A stretch of 64,000 nt of DNA, taken from the NCBI GenBank assembly GCA_947260025.1, contig CAMYON010000013.1, forward strand, positions 20,806 to 84,805, written 5' to 3'. How positions within the stretch are numbered: the first letter of the stretch is position 1; each line of letters starts with the position of its first letter. Under the pieces are notes generated by a model. That model was not told where the DNA came from. It saw nothing but the letters and a program-made list of their open reading frames with translations, and did not search any database. Source of the DNA: an uncultured Gammaproteobacteria bacterium. Its GTDB lineage: Bacteria; Pseudomonadota; Gammaproteobacteria; GCA-001735895. This document shows, piece by piece, positions 9,618 to 19,664 of the stretch. The position numbers and the translations under genes are program-made.

Positions 9618-10496
9618 ATGAGCAATGTGGCATATATCAATGAAGTTACGTCCGAACGCCAGGGCTACGCCGACCGGTCCCAACTAAAAACCTACTACGA
9701 CAACAAGAACAAGATTGGCTGGTTTTTGATGAAGGGTGCCCCGCGCCCATCCTTTACCGTACGGTTGCTTACCGAAATCAGCGATTATTTCAAAGTTGTA
9801 AAGCAGGAGATGGCCGAGACCAATGGCGAGAAGTATGATTTTCTGGTCCTTGGTTCGGATATCGAGGGGGTTTTCAACCTGGGCGGCGACCTTGAGCTCT
9901 TCAGCCAGTATATTCGTAATAGGGACAGAGAGGGGCTGCTCAGGTACGCCGCTCATAGTATCGATCTGGTGCATCAGAACATGACTCATTTAGGCGAGGA
10001 CCTGACTACTATCTCGCTAATACAGGGAGATGCATTAGGAGGTGGTTTCGAATCCGCGATCTCTGCCAATGTTGTCGTCGCCGAGAGAGGTAGTAAGGCC
10101 GGTCTACCGGAGGTGTTGTTCAATCTTTTTCCGGGCATGGGCGCATTTTCTCTTCTGTCCCGTAAAATCGGATTTGCCGAAGCCGAAAAAATGATAATGA
10201 GCGGTGGCCTGTACTCTGCAGAACAGTTGTTTGATATGGGAGTGGTCGACATTCTCGCGGAAAAAGGAGAGGGCGAGGTTGCTGTTTATCGCTATATCAA
10301 GTCTAACCAAAGGTCAATGAATTCCTACCGTTCGATGCAGCAGGTCAAGGATATCTGCAACCAGGTGAGCTATCAGGAATTAATGGATATTGGAGAAGTC
10401 TGGGCTGATGCGGCGCTTAAACTCACCGAGAAGGACCTGCGTATGATGGAGCGACTGGTTCGGCGTCAAAATTCCCGAGCGGAAGATCAGGCCTGA
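9618..10496 (+). CDS. rpfF: DSF (cis-2-unsaturated fatty acid) synthase RpfF, crotonase family
   Basis: VFNLGGDL, QGDALGGGFE and GLPEVLFNLFPGMGA with both catalytic Glu, and C-terminal W-ADAAL/MERLVRRQ. Convergent with rpfC/rpfG. Confidence 0.88.
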   Translation: MSNVAYINEVTSERQGYADRSQLKTYYDNKNKIGWFLMKGAPRPSFTVRLLTEISDYFKVVKQEMAETNGEKYDFLVLGSDIEGVFNLGGDLELFSQYIRNRDREGLLRYAAHSIDLVHQNMTHLGEDLTTISLIQGDALGGGFESAISANVVVAERGSKAGLPEVLFNLFPGMGAFSLLSRKIGFAEAEKMIMSGGLYSAEQLFDMGVVDILAEKGEGEVAVYRYIKSNQRSMNSYRSMQQVKDICNQVSYQELMDIGEVWADAALKLTEKDLRMMERLVRRQNSRAEDQA

Positions 10497-10497
10497 A

Positions 10498-13062
10498 TTA
10501 CCGATCGGTCAATTCTCTCGGATAATTGTCTCGTTGACCCGTGGCTGCATTGTTTAATGCAGCCACGGTCATATTAAATACTTCCTCGATTGCAAGGCAC
10601 ATCTGGTTTATTTTCTCACTACCTATGTCATAGGGCTTTAACGACTCGCCCTCGTTGCAAATCTCTACCAGCTTGTTGGCGCCAAGCTCGGTCGCCGAAC
10701 CTTTCAGCGCATGCAGATTCTCCCGATATTCGAGATAGTCGTCATACATAGCTTTCTTGGTATTCAGAATATGCTGAGAACCTTCCTTCTCGAAATTCAT
10801 AAGCAGGTTGCTCACGAAATCGGGGTCGTCCCCCAGGATGTCTAGCTCATGCAGCACGACATTGTCATACCATTCCGATTCGGCAAAATTACTCGGTAAG
10901 TGGGTTCTTGATTCTCTTGCCTGGGGCGCTTTTCGGGCCTTCGGCTTGTGAATGTTTTTCGATAATGAAGCGATACACTCAAGCAGGCCGCGGGCGTCTA
11001 TCGGCTTGGTCAGGAATCGATTTGCGCCGGCGCTCAATGAGGCTTCCCTGGCTTCGGGTGTGGCATCGGCAGTCAACATAATGACAGGCAAGTTGCTGCT
11101 GGTATCCATGAAACGCAAGGACTTGACGACTTCGACACCTGAAATCTCGGGCATATTCATATCAAGGATGAGCATGTCGATCTTGTCGAGTTCATTGCTG
11201 AGTATATCCAGCGCTTTTTCTCCAGTGCTGGCGATGCGCACATTGTGCCCCGTGTTGCGGAGTATACCCTCGATAACCTTCTGGTTGACCTGATTATCTT
11301 CGGCCACCAGGATATTTAGCGCGGCCGCACCGGACTGCTTTGCGTAATGCTCAGCCATGGTGACGATCTTGTTGTCATTCAGATTAACACTCTGTGCCGC
11401 GTGAAGAGCATTGAAAAGGAGTCGTTTTTCTTCGGGATTGGCGATAGTCGAGATGTAGTAATGACTCGAGCGGTTGGCGTCGATCATCGTATCGGACGAA
11501 TTGATCAGTACCATGGAAGTATTTTCCAGTAAACCCTCGGATTTCACCATTTGCGCGAATTGCAAAGCATTTATATCGACCAGGCAGGACTGGTCCACGA
11601 TGATAGTCTCGTAGGGATTGTTGTCATCGTCCGACTGAATCATCTGCGACAGGGCGCGACTCGAGGTTCGAACCCAATCGAAATTAACCTGCCAGTATTT
11701 GAGTGCGGGTCTGATGATGCTGGCGGTATCCTCACCTGACAGCAGCAAGACGTGGTTTTCGGAAATACTGGTTTCCGGGTTGGTGCTCGCCAGGAACGGT
11801 AGTTCGAACCAGAAAGTGGAACCCTTGCCGGCCTCGCTGACGACGCCTATTTCACCGTCCATCAACTCGACCAGCTCCTTCGATATTGTTGTTCCGAGCC
11901 CGGTACCGCCGAATGTGCGACTCGTGCCGGCATCGGCCTGGGTGAAATCATCGAAGATCTTGCCGAGGTCCTCCTCGGCGATTCCGATGCCGGTATCGAC
12001 GATTTCGAAACGAATTCGCGGGGTCGACGCAGTGCCACCGATCAAGCGTACGGACAGGATTACCGAACCCTTCTCGGTGAACTTGATTGCGTTATTAACC
12101 AGATTGATGAGCACCTGCCGCAGATGTTGTTGATCGCCTTTGAGCGCAAACGGCGTCTCGGGATCAAAGGTGCAGGATACCGTCAATTCCTTCTTTTCAC
12201 CCATCGGTGCGAGTATGTAGATTACCGAGTTGACCAGACCATGCAGGTCGAAATTCCTCGACTCGATCAGGATCTTGCCAGCCTCGATCTTGGCGATATC
12301 GAGCACGTTTTCAATCAGTTCGAGCAGGGTATTGGCGGAGCCGTGCATGGTGTTGACGAGTTCCTGCTGCTCATAGTTCAGCTTGGTTTCGCGGAGCAGG
12401 TCACCCATGCCGATGACGCCGTTGAGCGGAGTTCTCAATTCATGCGACATATTCGCGAGGAAACGACTCTTGGCCTCGTTGGCCTGCTTTGCCATATTTA
12501 CCGCGGCGTGTAACTTTTTTATCAGGAAGCCGGCGTATAGCGGCAACAGGCATAGCATCAGCAGCAGGCTGATGCCAAAGCTTCGGTGCTGTTGCCAGTA
12601 GTCACCCCAGATCACCACTACGGCAAATCCAACAATGGCTATTCCCTGGGAGACATATAGGTTGGTCAATCCGAAGCGGAATCCGTTGCCCAGAATCACC
12701 CACAGATAAATCAGGAACAACGGCACGGTTTCGGCTCCCGTGTTAAACATCAGTACTGATAATGATCCCATGTCCAGTGCCGCACCGCAGATTCGTCGGA
12801 TCTGGGACGGCACCGGATTCAGAGCAATCGCCGTAAAAATTGCCATCGCGCCGGAGTAGTACAGGATTACGATGAGTCCAGCGAGAGAGGCCACGGCCTC
12901 GACAAAGCTTTCATCACTGCCCCAGGGGGTGCAGATATATATCAGAACAATGAAACCAATAGCCAGGCGCAACTTGGCCTGTTCAGGCTCAGAATCTCCG
13001 GTTCCCTTGAGTCTTTTGTTGAGTCGCCCTAGAGGGCCGATTTTTGCTTTGGAGGACGCCAT
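10498..13062 (-). CDS. rpfC: Hybrid DSF sensor kinase RpfC (TM-HisKA-HATPase-degenerate REC-REC-HPt)
   Basis: N-terminal GDSEPEQ, about 5 TM helices with YLWVILGNGFRFG, ANMSHELRTPLNG, REC ILDMNMP and HPt HALKGS. Start taken at ATG 13062. Confidence 0.85.
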   Translation of the reverse strand: MASSKAKIGPLGRLNKRLKGTGDSEPEQAKLRLAIGFIVLIYICTPWGSDESFVEAVASLAGLIVILYYSGAMAIFTAIALNPVPSQIRRICGAALDMGSLSVLMFNTGAETVPLFLIYLWVILGNGFRFGLTNLYVSQGIAIVGFAVVVIWGDYWQQHRSFGISLLLMLCLLPLYAGFLIKKLHAAVNMAKQANEAKSRFLANMSHELRTPLNGVIGMGDLLRETKLNYEQQELVNTMHGSANTLLELIENVLDIAKIEAGKILIESRNFDLHGLVNSVIYILAPMGEKKELTVSCTFDPETPFALKGDQQHLRQVLINLVNNAIKFTEKGSVILSVRLIGGTASTPRIRFEIVDTGIGIAEEDLGKIFDDFTQADAGTSRTFGGTGLGTTISKELVELMDGEIGVVSEAGKGSTFWFELPFLASTNPETSISENHVLLLSGEDTASIIRPALKYWQVNFDWVRTSSRALSQMIQSDDDNNPYETIIVDQSCLVDINALQFAQMVKSEGLLENTSMVLINSSDTMIDANRSSHYYISTIANPEEKRLLFNALHAAQSVNLNDNKIVTMAEHYAKQSGAAALNILVAEDNQVNQKVIEGILRNTGHNVRIASTGEKALDILSNELDKIDMLILDMNMPEISGVEVVKSLRFMDTSSNLPVIMLTADATPEAREASLSAGANRFLTKPIDARGLLECIASLSKNIHKPKARKAPQARESRTHLPSNFAESEWYDNVVLHELDILGDDPDFVSNLLMNFEKEGSQHILNTKKAMYDDYLEYRENLHALKGSATELGANKLVEICNEGESLKPYDIGSEKINQMCLAIEEVFNMTVAALNNAATGQRDNYPRELTDR

Positions 13063-13086
13063 TCTTAGCTGGAGAAGCGACAATTG

Positions 13087-14229
13087 TTAGCCGTCGCTGA
13101 AGGTTTCATGGATATTGACGATATTGTCCAGACGTTCGAAAAAAGCCTCCACGCAAATCGGGTCGAACTGGGTGCCAGCGTGCTTGTGCAGATAATCCTG
13201 GGCGTCCCTGGCTTCCCAGGCGCGTTTATAGGGCCTGATCGATACCAGTGCGTCGTAAACGTCGGCAACCGCGACGATGCGCGCTACCAGTGGAATATCC
13301 TTGCCTGAAAGTCCGTTAGGGTAGCCGGTGCCGTCGAAGCGTTCATGATGGTTGAGCGCGATGATCGAGCCGGTCTGGATGTAACGTGACTGGCTGTTGG
13401 ACAGGATCGAATGCCCGATGATCGTATGTTGCTGCATCGTCAGCCACTCCTGTTGCTCGAACTTGCCGGGCTTGAGCAGGATCTTGTCCTGGATTCCGAT
13501 CTTGCCGATATCGTGCATCGGTGCGGCGTATTCGATTTCATCGCATTCTTTTTCAGACAATCCCAGGGCCTCGGCGATTTCTCGCGAGTACTTGGCCATG
13601 CGTACCACGTGGTTGCCCGTGACTTCATCGCGATATTCGCCAGCCTTGGCCAGTCGCAGCAGGGTTTCATGTTCGCGCGACACGATTTGCTGGGTTGCGA
13701 CCTCGACCTGGCGTGCCAGCCAGTCGGCACGGTCCTGGATAATCGACTGCTGTTCGTGCAGCTTGAGCAGGTTACGGCAGCTGGTGCGGCATTCGATCTG
13801 GTCGATCGGACGCGTCAGGAAGGCGGTGGCGCCAGCCTCGAGTGCGTCGTAGCGTACCGATTTCTCGCTGACCACGGTAATCATCATGATGGGTATATCC
13901 TGGCACGATGGTTTGGCGCGAATCTGCTTAATCATCTCGACGCCGTTGAGATCCGGCATGCGATAATCGGTAATAATAAGGTCCGGATGATTGTGATCCA
14001 GCCACTGCAATGCTTCCAATGGGTTGTCGAAAGAATCGACGCAGACATCTTCTTCGGCTTGCTGAATAATCTTGGCCAGTATCGTTCGGCCGGTGGATTC
14101 GTCGTCGACGATCAGTACTTTTCGTTGGCGTCTGAGAATGCTTAGACGGCGAGCGTTTTCGTACGGTTCGATATTCGAGTCCTTTGGAATATCGGTTTTT
14201 TTATCTGTACTCGAGATCAATTTTTTCAC
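13087..14229 (-). CDS. rpfG: REC + HD-GYP c-di-GMP phosphodiesterase RpfG
   Basis: REC (IVDDE, ITDYRMP), HDIGKIG and HHERFDGTGYP; directly upstream of rpfC. Confidence 0.87.
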   Translation of the reverse strand: MKKLISSTDKKTDIPKDSNIEPYENARRLSILRRQRKVLIVDDESTGRTILAKIIQQAEEDVCVDSFDNPLEALQWLDHNHPDLIITDYRMPDLNGVEMIKQIRAKPSCQDIPIMMITVVSEKSVRYDALEAGATAFLTRPIDQIECRTSCRNLLKLHEQQSIIQDRADWLARQVEVATQQIVSREHETLLRLAKAGEYRDEVTGNHVVRMAKYSREIAEALGLSEKECDEIEYAAPMHDIGKIGIQDKILLKPGKFEQQEWLTMQQHTIIGHSILSNSQSRYIQTGSIIALNHHERFDGTGYPNGLSGKDIPLVARIVAVADVYDALVSIRPYKRAWEARDAQDYLHKHAGTQFDPICVEAFFERLDNIVNIHETFSDG

Positions 14230-14266
14230 CCCACATTGATTCAGACAGGACCGGACATACTAGCAA

Positions 14267-14367
14267 AATCAATAACTTATGTCGCTTATTTCAACTTATT
14301 GTTGGAACCTGGTCTTAATTGCCAGTTTGTTTATATAGGAAAGTAATTCAATATAATCAAGTTATTA
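14267..14367. promoter_or_regulatory. Two IHF consensus sites in the AT-rich region upstream of rpfG
   Basis: AATCAATAACTTA (14267-14279) and AATCAAGTTATTA (14355-14367) both match WATCAANNNNTTR. Confidence 0.45.
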
Positions 14368-14406
14368 TGTTGATGATCTAACAAATCAAATGAATTTATT
14401 TCGGTA

Positions 14407-14877
14407 TTGGTAAATATGTCACATTTACGCGTTTTTATTGCAAATAGCCCTGTCCGCACGGCAATTCAGGTTTTAACCATATGCCTGCTGTTACAGCCCG
14501 TTAGCGCCTTCGCGACACAGTTGGTAGAGGTTAGTGCCGGTGGAACGACGTATCGGGTCGAAGTTGCGCGTACTTCGGCACAGCGCCGCCAGGGCCTGAT
14601 GCATCGGTCAAGCCTGGATCGAGAAGGGGGTATGTTGCTGGTTTACCGGAAGACCGGCGACCATCGAATCTGGATGAAGAATATGCGGATAGCGCTGCGC
14701 GTCTACTGGATCGATGCCGACGCCAGGGTGATTGAAATGCAGCGTCTGGAGCCCTGCCAGGAGTCACCCTGTCCGGTGTATTTTGCCTCGAAGCCGTCGC
14801 GCTACGTGCTCGAACTCAGCGATCACGAGCACCCGCTCGAAGTGGGCGACAGGATCGATGGGCTCAATGAGTTGTGA
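14407..14877 (+). CDS. DUF192-family exported protein (start uncertain)
   Basis: VEVARTSAQRRQGLM, GML, WMKNM and YVLEL motifs, with a signal-like N-terminus. Confidence 0.85.
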   Translation: MVNMSHLRVFIANSPVRTAIQVLTICLLLQPVSAFATQLVEVSAGGTTYRVEVARTSAQRRQGLMHRSSLDREGGMLLVYRKTGDHRIWMKNMRIALRVYWIDADARVIEMQRLEPCQESPCPVYFASKPSRYVLELSDHEHPLEVGDRIDGLNEL

Positions 14878-16106
14878 CAGCGACGCGGCGTCGGTTCAAC
14901 CACAGCCAGGCGTGCGCGCATATCGCCGCTAAAATCAGTGGTACCACCGCATAGTTAACCAGTTGCCAGCCGAGCAAGTGCAGCAGCGCGCCGGCGCCGA
15001 ACGACGAGCAGGCTGCCGCCGTGAACACGACGAAGTCATTTAGCGCCTGCGACTTGGCGCTTTCCTCCGGGCGGTAGGTCTCGCGCCGTGAACACGACGA
15101 AGTCGTTTAGCGCCTGCGACTTGGCGCTTTCCTCCGGGCGGTAGGTCTCGGTTAGCAGGCTGGTGCCGCCGATAAACATGAAATTCCAGCCGACTCCGAG
15201 CAACAGCAGCGCCGCCCAGAAATGCCAGACCGAGCTGCCGCTGAAGTTGAGCAGGATGCACAGAATCATCAAACTGGCGCCGCTCATGATGATGCGCTGC
15301 GCGCCGAAACGATTAATCAAATGGCCGGTAAAAAACGACGGTACGAACATGCCGAGCACGTGCCATTGAATCACGAATGCAACCTCGCTGAACGCGTGAT
15401 CCTGGTGAGTCATTTCCAGCGGCGTCGCGGTCATCAGCAGCACCATAACGCTATAGCCGATGGCAGCGCTCGCCACCGCGACGATGAAGGCGGGCTGGCG
15501 CGCGATCTGTAGCATCGGTCGGGTATTTTGCCTGAAATCGCGCGCCACGGGTTTGGGCAGTTTCATGCACAGGAAGTTGATGCCGTTGAGGCCGTATAAA
15601 ACGATTACCGAAATAAAAGTACCGAGGTAAGTGATCGCGAAAACATCCTTGCTCAGATTAGCCAGGTTGGGGCCGATAATCGCCGCCAGTACCCCGCCGG
15701 CCAGCACGTAGCTGATCGCCGTATTCTTCTTGTCCGGCGGTGCCACCTCGGTCGCGGCAAATCGAAAGTAATTGCCAAAACCGGTGTACATGCCGGTGCC
15801 TATAGTGCCGATACAGAACAGCAGGAATGAATCCTGGTAAATCCCGATGACGCCGCAGACCGCCCCACTCAGGCCGATCAGCGTGGCCAGTAGAAAACCC
15901 GGCTTGCGTCCGATGCGGCCCATCAGCATCGATGCCGGGATCGTGGTCAGCATCACGGCAACGAACTGCAGTGCGAGAGGTAGCGTGGCCAGCGCCTTGT
16001 TGGTGGCGAGGTGGCTGCCGATAATCGCGGCAGAGGTCACCATCAGCGAGTTCACCGACATCATCAGTGCCTGCGCCAGTCCCAGCAGAAAAACGTTGCG
16101 ATTCAC
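14864..16106 (-). pseudogene. MFS transporter frameshifted by a 67-bp tandem duplication (or an assembly artefact)
   Basis: GTG start overlaps the AEC gene stop. Removing one 67-bp copy restores a 391-aa MFS ending ...FTAAACSSFGAGALLHLLGWQLVN...VTTH* at 14864. Confidence 0.75.
15017..15150. repeat. 67-bp tandem duplication with one mismatch
   Basis: 15017-15083 and 15084-15150 are identical except A15038/G15105. Confidence 0.95.
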
Positions 16107-16993
16107 AGGATAAACCACAGTGTCGCCGGGATCACCACGACGCTGGCAAGGTTGCCCATTAACACGATCGATGCAACCCGATGCGGCTCCTGCTCGTAGC
16201 GTTCCGCCACCATGAAGTTCAGCACGGCCGGGGGCAACACGCTGAATAGTACTAACAGGGGTATCTGCGTCTCGGGCAATGGCACCAGGTAGACGAACGG
16301 CACCGCGATCGCCAGGCCGCTGAGCGGGCACAGCAGGGATCCGACCAGGCTGATTCTCCAGTTGGTCAGGTCGATCGCGAGCATGCGCACCCCGAGTGAA
16401 AACAGCATCAGCGGAATCGAGATCAGCCCCAGCATGTGAATCGGCTGGCGCAGGGTTTCGGGAATCACGATGCCCGAGAGCGAAACCGCGATTCCCAACA
16501 CGGTGGCCAGGATCATCGGATTGGTGGCCACCGCCCGCGGCGACCAGTGCTGGGTGATCAATTGCTGTCCTACCAGGAAATGCAGAAAGTTCGAAATTGC
16601 CAGCAGCAGGATCGCCGCTGGCAGCATCGATTCACCGAAGGCCAGCACCACCAGCGGCAAGCCCATGTTGCCGCAATTGTTGAACATCATTGGCGGCACC
16701 AGCGTCTTCCATTGGTAACCGAACGCGCGCGCCACCGGCCAGGCGATCACTCCCGATCCGAGGACTACGAAGACGCAGCCGAGCGACAGGTAAAGATAGT
16801 CGGTCAGCGCGTATTCGCTTCCCGACATGTAGTCGAAAATCAGCGCCGGGGTGAATATGTCCATGTTGATGCGGTTGCCGGAGGACATATCGGTGTCGTG
16901 CCGGTGGCGGGCATAGAAATAGCCGATGGCGACGATGCTGAAAACCGGGAAGATAATCGCAATGATGCGATAAACGAGATCCGCCTGTGACAT
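16103..16993 (-). CDS. AEC (auxin efflux carrier) family transporter
   Basis: About 10 TM helices; FTPALIF, FNNCGNMGLP and PLMLFSLG motifs. Confidence 0.85.
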   Translation of the reverse strand: MSQADLVYRIIAIIFPVFSIVAIGYFYARHRHDTDMSSGNRINMDIFTPALIFDYMSGSEYALTDYLYLSLGCVFVVLGSGVIAWPVARAFGYQWKTLVPPMMFNNCGNMGLPLVVLAFGESMLPAAILLLAISNFLHFLVGQQLITQHWSPRAVATNPMILATVLGIAVSLSGIVIPETLRQPIHMLGLISIPLMLFSLGVRMLAIDLTNWRISLVGSLLCPLSGLAIAVPFVYLVPLPETQIPLLVLFSVLPPAVLNFMVAERYEQEPHRVASIVLMGNLASVVVIPATLWFIL

Positions 16994-16999
16994 CAGGTG

Positions 17000-19663
17000 T
17001 CAGAAATGAAGGCTGATGTCTTTGTGTACGGCAAGACAGGTTGCGATCGATTCGGCCTGGTCGGAATCCAGGCGATCCTGCATACGCATGCCGATGGTGC
17101 CGGCGATCGCCTGGTCATATTCCTCGAGGTCGGTCGCGAGTTCCTCGCTGGCGCGCTGATGCCATTCGATTTCGCTTTGCAAGATTTCGGCCGCAAGCAT
17201 GGCCTCGGCCAGCGCCTTTTCCTTGTCGGGCGTCGCGCCGCGCAGGGCACGCTTGGCGCGCGACAGTTTCGACTTGATGCGATGTGTCTCGGTCAGCTCG
17301 TCGATCTTGAACTCTAACGTCTTGATAGCTTCCAGTCCTTCCTCCGGGGACTGAGAGCGGATCAGCTCCAGCAGCGGTTCGAACTCGCCCTGCAGGGCCT
17401 GCAGTTGATCGGTTTCGGAGATCATCCTGCGCATGGTCACAATCATTTCATAGCTGTCGTCGACATTCTGTCGATACTTGCGGCGAGCGGTGGTTTCCAC
17501 GCTGGCCAGGTTCTTGAATTCGCTGCGCCTTTGTTCCCAGTTGTCCGGAATGGTCGCCAGCAAGGCTTCGCTTTCGGCTTCGAGGTCCTTGATCCTGGCG
17601 AGTATGCGCTCGATCGCCGGTTCGTCTACCGGCTGTTCGAAAGCAAGCCGCTGCCGCTCCTGATCCAGTTCTTCGATAGTCTTTTTAAGCTTACGGGCGT
17701 CGCGCTGTATCTGGCGCACCTCGATATGCAGTGGGCGATAACCCGGCGTAAACTGCGCCATCGCAGCCTCGGCGGTACGAATCTCCTCGATCATGCCGAA
17801 CGCCCCGGCTGCCTGGCGGTAGCTCTCGTTGAGCCGTTCCTGGTATTCGTCCGGGAGGTAGGCGAGGTTGGCGGTCCTGACGCGTTCGATGCTGGCCTCG
17901 ATTTCGGCCCGGGTGGCGTCATAGACGACAAACTGGTAATCCTCGAGGCATTCCTGCAGCTTGGGGTTACTGGGTGGTGGCGCGGTTTCCGAAGTCAGGT
18001 GAGTCTTGTTCGGCAGGTAGTTGACCAGGCTCGGGAATGCACCCGCAATCGCGAGGCCGGCGAGCTGCAACACGATAAACGCGGCAGCGCCCTTGTAAAT
18101 CTGCAATGTGCGCACGTCCCTGGGCGCAACGCCGCGCAGGTAAAACAGGGAAAAGCCGAACGGCGGCGTCAGGAACGAGGTCTGGATGTTGAGGCCCACC
18201 ATGACGCCAAACCAGACCGCGGTCACGTTGGCACTGGGATCGGCCAGCAAAATCGGCGCCACGATCGGCACCACGACAACCGCGATTTCGAGAAAGTCGA
18301 GGAAGAATCCGAGGAAGAAGATAACCGCCATGACGACGATGAACTGTGTCCAGAACCCGCCCGGCAGCGACGTCAGGTATTCCTTGACCAGTTCCTCGCC
18401 ACCAAACGCGCGGAACGCCGAAGTCAGCATCGCCGCGCCGAGCAGTATGATGAATACCATCGACGTGGTCTTGGCGGTATCCATCATGACCCCGCGCAGC
18501 GTGTCTTCGATTTTGAAGGCGCGCCAGGTTGCCCAACCGATCGCGCCGATCAGCACCAGTGCCGCAATCGCGGCCAGCGTCACCCCGAACGCATCGTAGC
18601 CGCTTTGAATGTTCTTGATATTGAGACTGAACAGGTTCGTCAGGATGATTATTACGAAGACCGAACCGATGGCCAGTGCCGCCGGGTAGTAAGCCCTTTT
18701 ATGTCCTTCCATCAGACGGTAACTGCCCATCATCATCGCGCCGATGGCTCCGATGGCGCCAGCCTGGTTTACCGTGGCGACGCCGAGAATAATCGAGCCC
18801 AGCACGATAAAGATCAGCGTCAGCGGCGGTACCAGCGCCAACAACACCTTGAGAACGAAATGATGATCGTATTTGCCGTCGAAGGGCACCGGCGGTGCTT
18901 TCTTGGGATTGATCAGGGCCGAGCCCAGGATATAAAGCATGTAGAGGCCGACCAGGATCATGCCCGGCACGAACGCGCCCATGAACATGTCGCCCGCGCT
19001 CGCGGTCACCACGTCGAAATCTCCCGGCATAGAAAATTCACCGGTGGCCTCCTTGTATTCCGCCTTGCGCGTGGTCGCGGCCTGGTCCGCCGCGCTCGAT
19101 AACTGGTCGGCCAGGATAATCAGCACGATCGACGGCGGGATAATCTGTCCCAGCGTTCCCGAGGCGCAGATCGTGCCGCAGGCCAGCGATTTGGAATAGT
19201 TGTTGCGCAGCATGGCCGGCAGCGAGATCAGCCCCATGGCAATGACCGTGGCGCCGACGATCCCGGTGGTGGCGGCGAGCAGCGCGCCAACGAATACGAC
19301 CGATATGCCCAGTCCACCGGGGATTGGCCCGAACAGTTGCGCCATCGCGACCAGCAGGTCCTCGGCGATACGTGAACGTTGCAGCATGATGCCCATGAAA
19401 ATAAACAGCGGGATCGCGATCAGCGTATCGCGCTCGACCACCCAGTAAAGACTTCGGTAGTTGGTAACGCCGGCGCTAAGCCACTGGTTTGGTCCGCCAA
19501 GCACGAAGTAGGCGTCGACATTGCCCTCGAACACCCAGCCGCAGAAGGCGGCAATGGCGATGGTAACGACCGCCGCGCCGGGAAGCGCGAACGCTACCGG
19601 GAAGCCCGAGGTCAGGGCGAACACCATGATTGCGACCAGCAGTACCAGGAAGTACAGTTCCAT
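17000..19663 (-). CDS. TRAP transporter large permease (DctM) with a long C-terminal extension
   Basis: GFPVAFAL, AIPLFIFMG, SGTLGQIIPPS and SFLTPPFGFSLFYL motifs, followed by a ~335-aa charged helical tail. Confidence 0.88.
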   Translation of the reverse strand: MELYFLVLLVAIMVFALTSGFPVAFALPGAAVVTIAIAAFCGWVFEGNVDAYFVLGGPNQWLSAGVTNYRSLYWVVERDTLIAIPLFIFMGIMLQRSRIAEDLLVAMAQLFGPIPGGLGISVVFVGALLAATTGIVGATVIAMGLISLPAMLRNNYSKSLACGTICASGTLGQIIPPSIVLIILADQLSSAADQAATTRKAEYKEATGEFSMPGDFDVVTASAGDMFMGAFVPGMILVGLYMLYILGSALINPKKAPPVPFDGKYDHHFVLKVLLALVPPLTLIFIVLGSIILGVATVNQAGAIGAIGAMMMGSYRLMEGHKRAYYPAALAIGSVFVIIILTNLFSLNIKNIQSGYDAFGVTLAAIAALVLIGAIGWATWRAFKIEDTLRGVMMDTAKTTSMVFIILLGAAMLTSAFRAFGGEELVKEYLTSLPGGFWTQFIVVMAVIFFLGFFLDFLEIAVVVVPIVAPILLADPSANVTAVWFGVMVGLNIQTSFLTPPFGFSLFYLRGVAPRDVRTLQIYKGAAAFIVLQLAGLAIAGAFPSLVNYLPNKTHLTSETAPPPSNPKLQECLEDYQFVVYDATRAEIEASIERVRTANLAYLPDEYQERLNESYRQAAGAFGMIEEIRTAEAAMAQFTPGYRPLHIEVRQIQRDARKLKKTIEELDQERQRLAFEQPVDEPAIERILARIKDLEAESEALLATIPDNWEQRRSEFKNLASVETTARRKYRQNVDDSYEMIVTMRRMISETDQLQALQGEFEPLLELIRSQSPEEGLEAIKTLEFKIDELTETHRIKSKLSRAKRALRGATPDKEKALAEAMLAAEILQSEIEWHQRASEELATDLEEYDQAIAGTIGMRMQDRLDSDQAESIATCLAVHKDISLHF

Positions 19664-19664
19664 G

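Noticed and set aside
9215-14406. rpf block as an active mobile element
   Set aside because: No integrase, transposase or flanking direct repeats are visible; only composition hints at acquisition.
15017-15150. Tandem repeats here and at 59782-59849 as CRISPR arrays
   Set aside because: Only two copies each, with no spacers and no cas genes.
16107-16331. N-terminal extensions in the ORF track (MFS, also iscR, dnaE, yciK, cmk, ihfB, pyrF, cmoB, pyrG, eno)
   Set aside because: They overlap upstream genes or promoters; downstream starts fit family N-termini and translational coupling.
17405-19102. 565-aa plus-strand ORF
   Set aside because: Antisense shadow of dctM in GC-rich DNA; no recognisable motifs.
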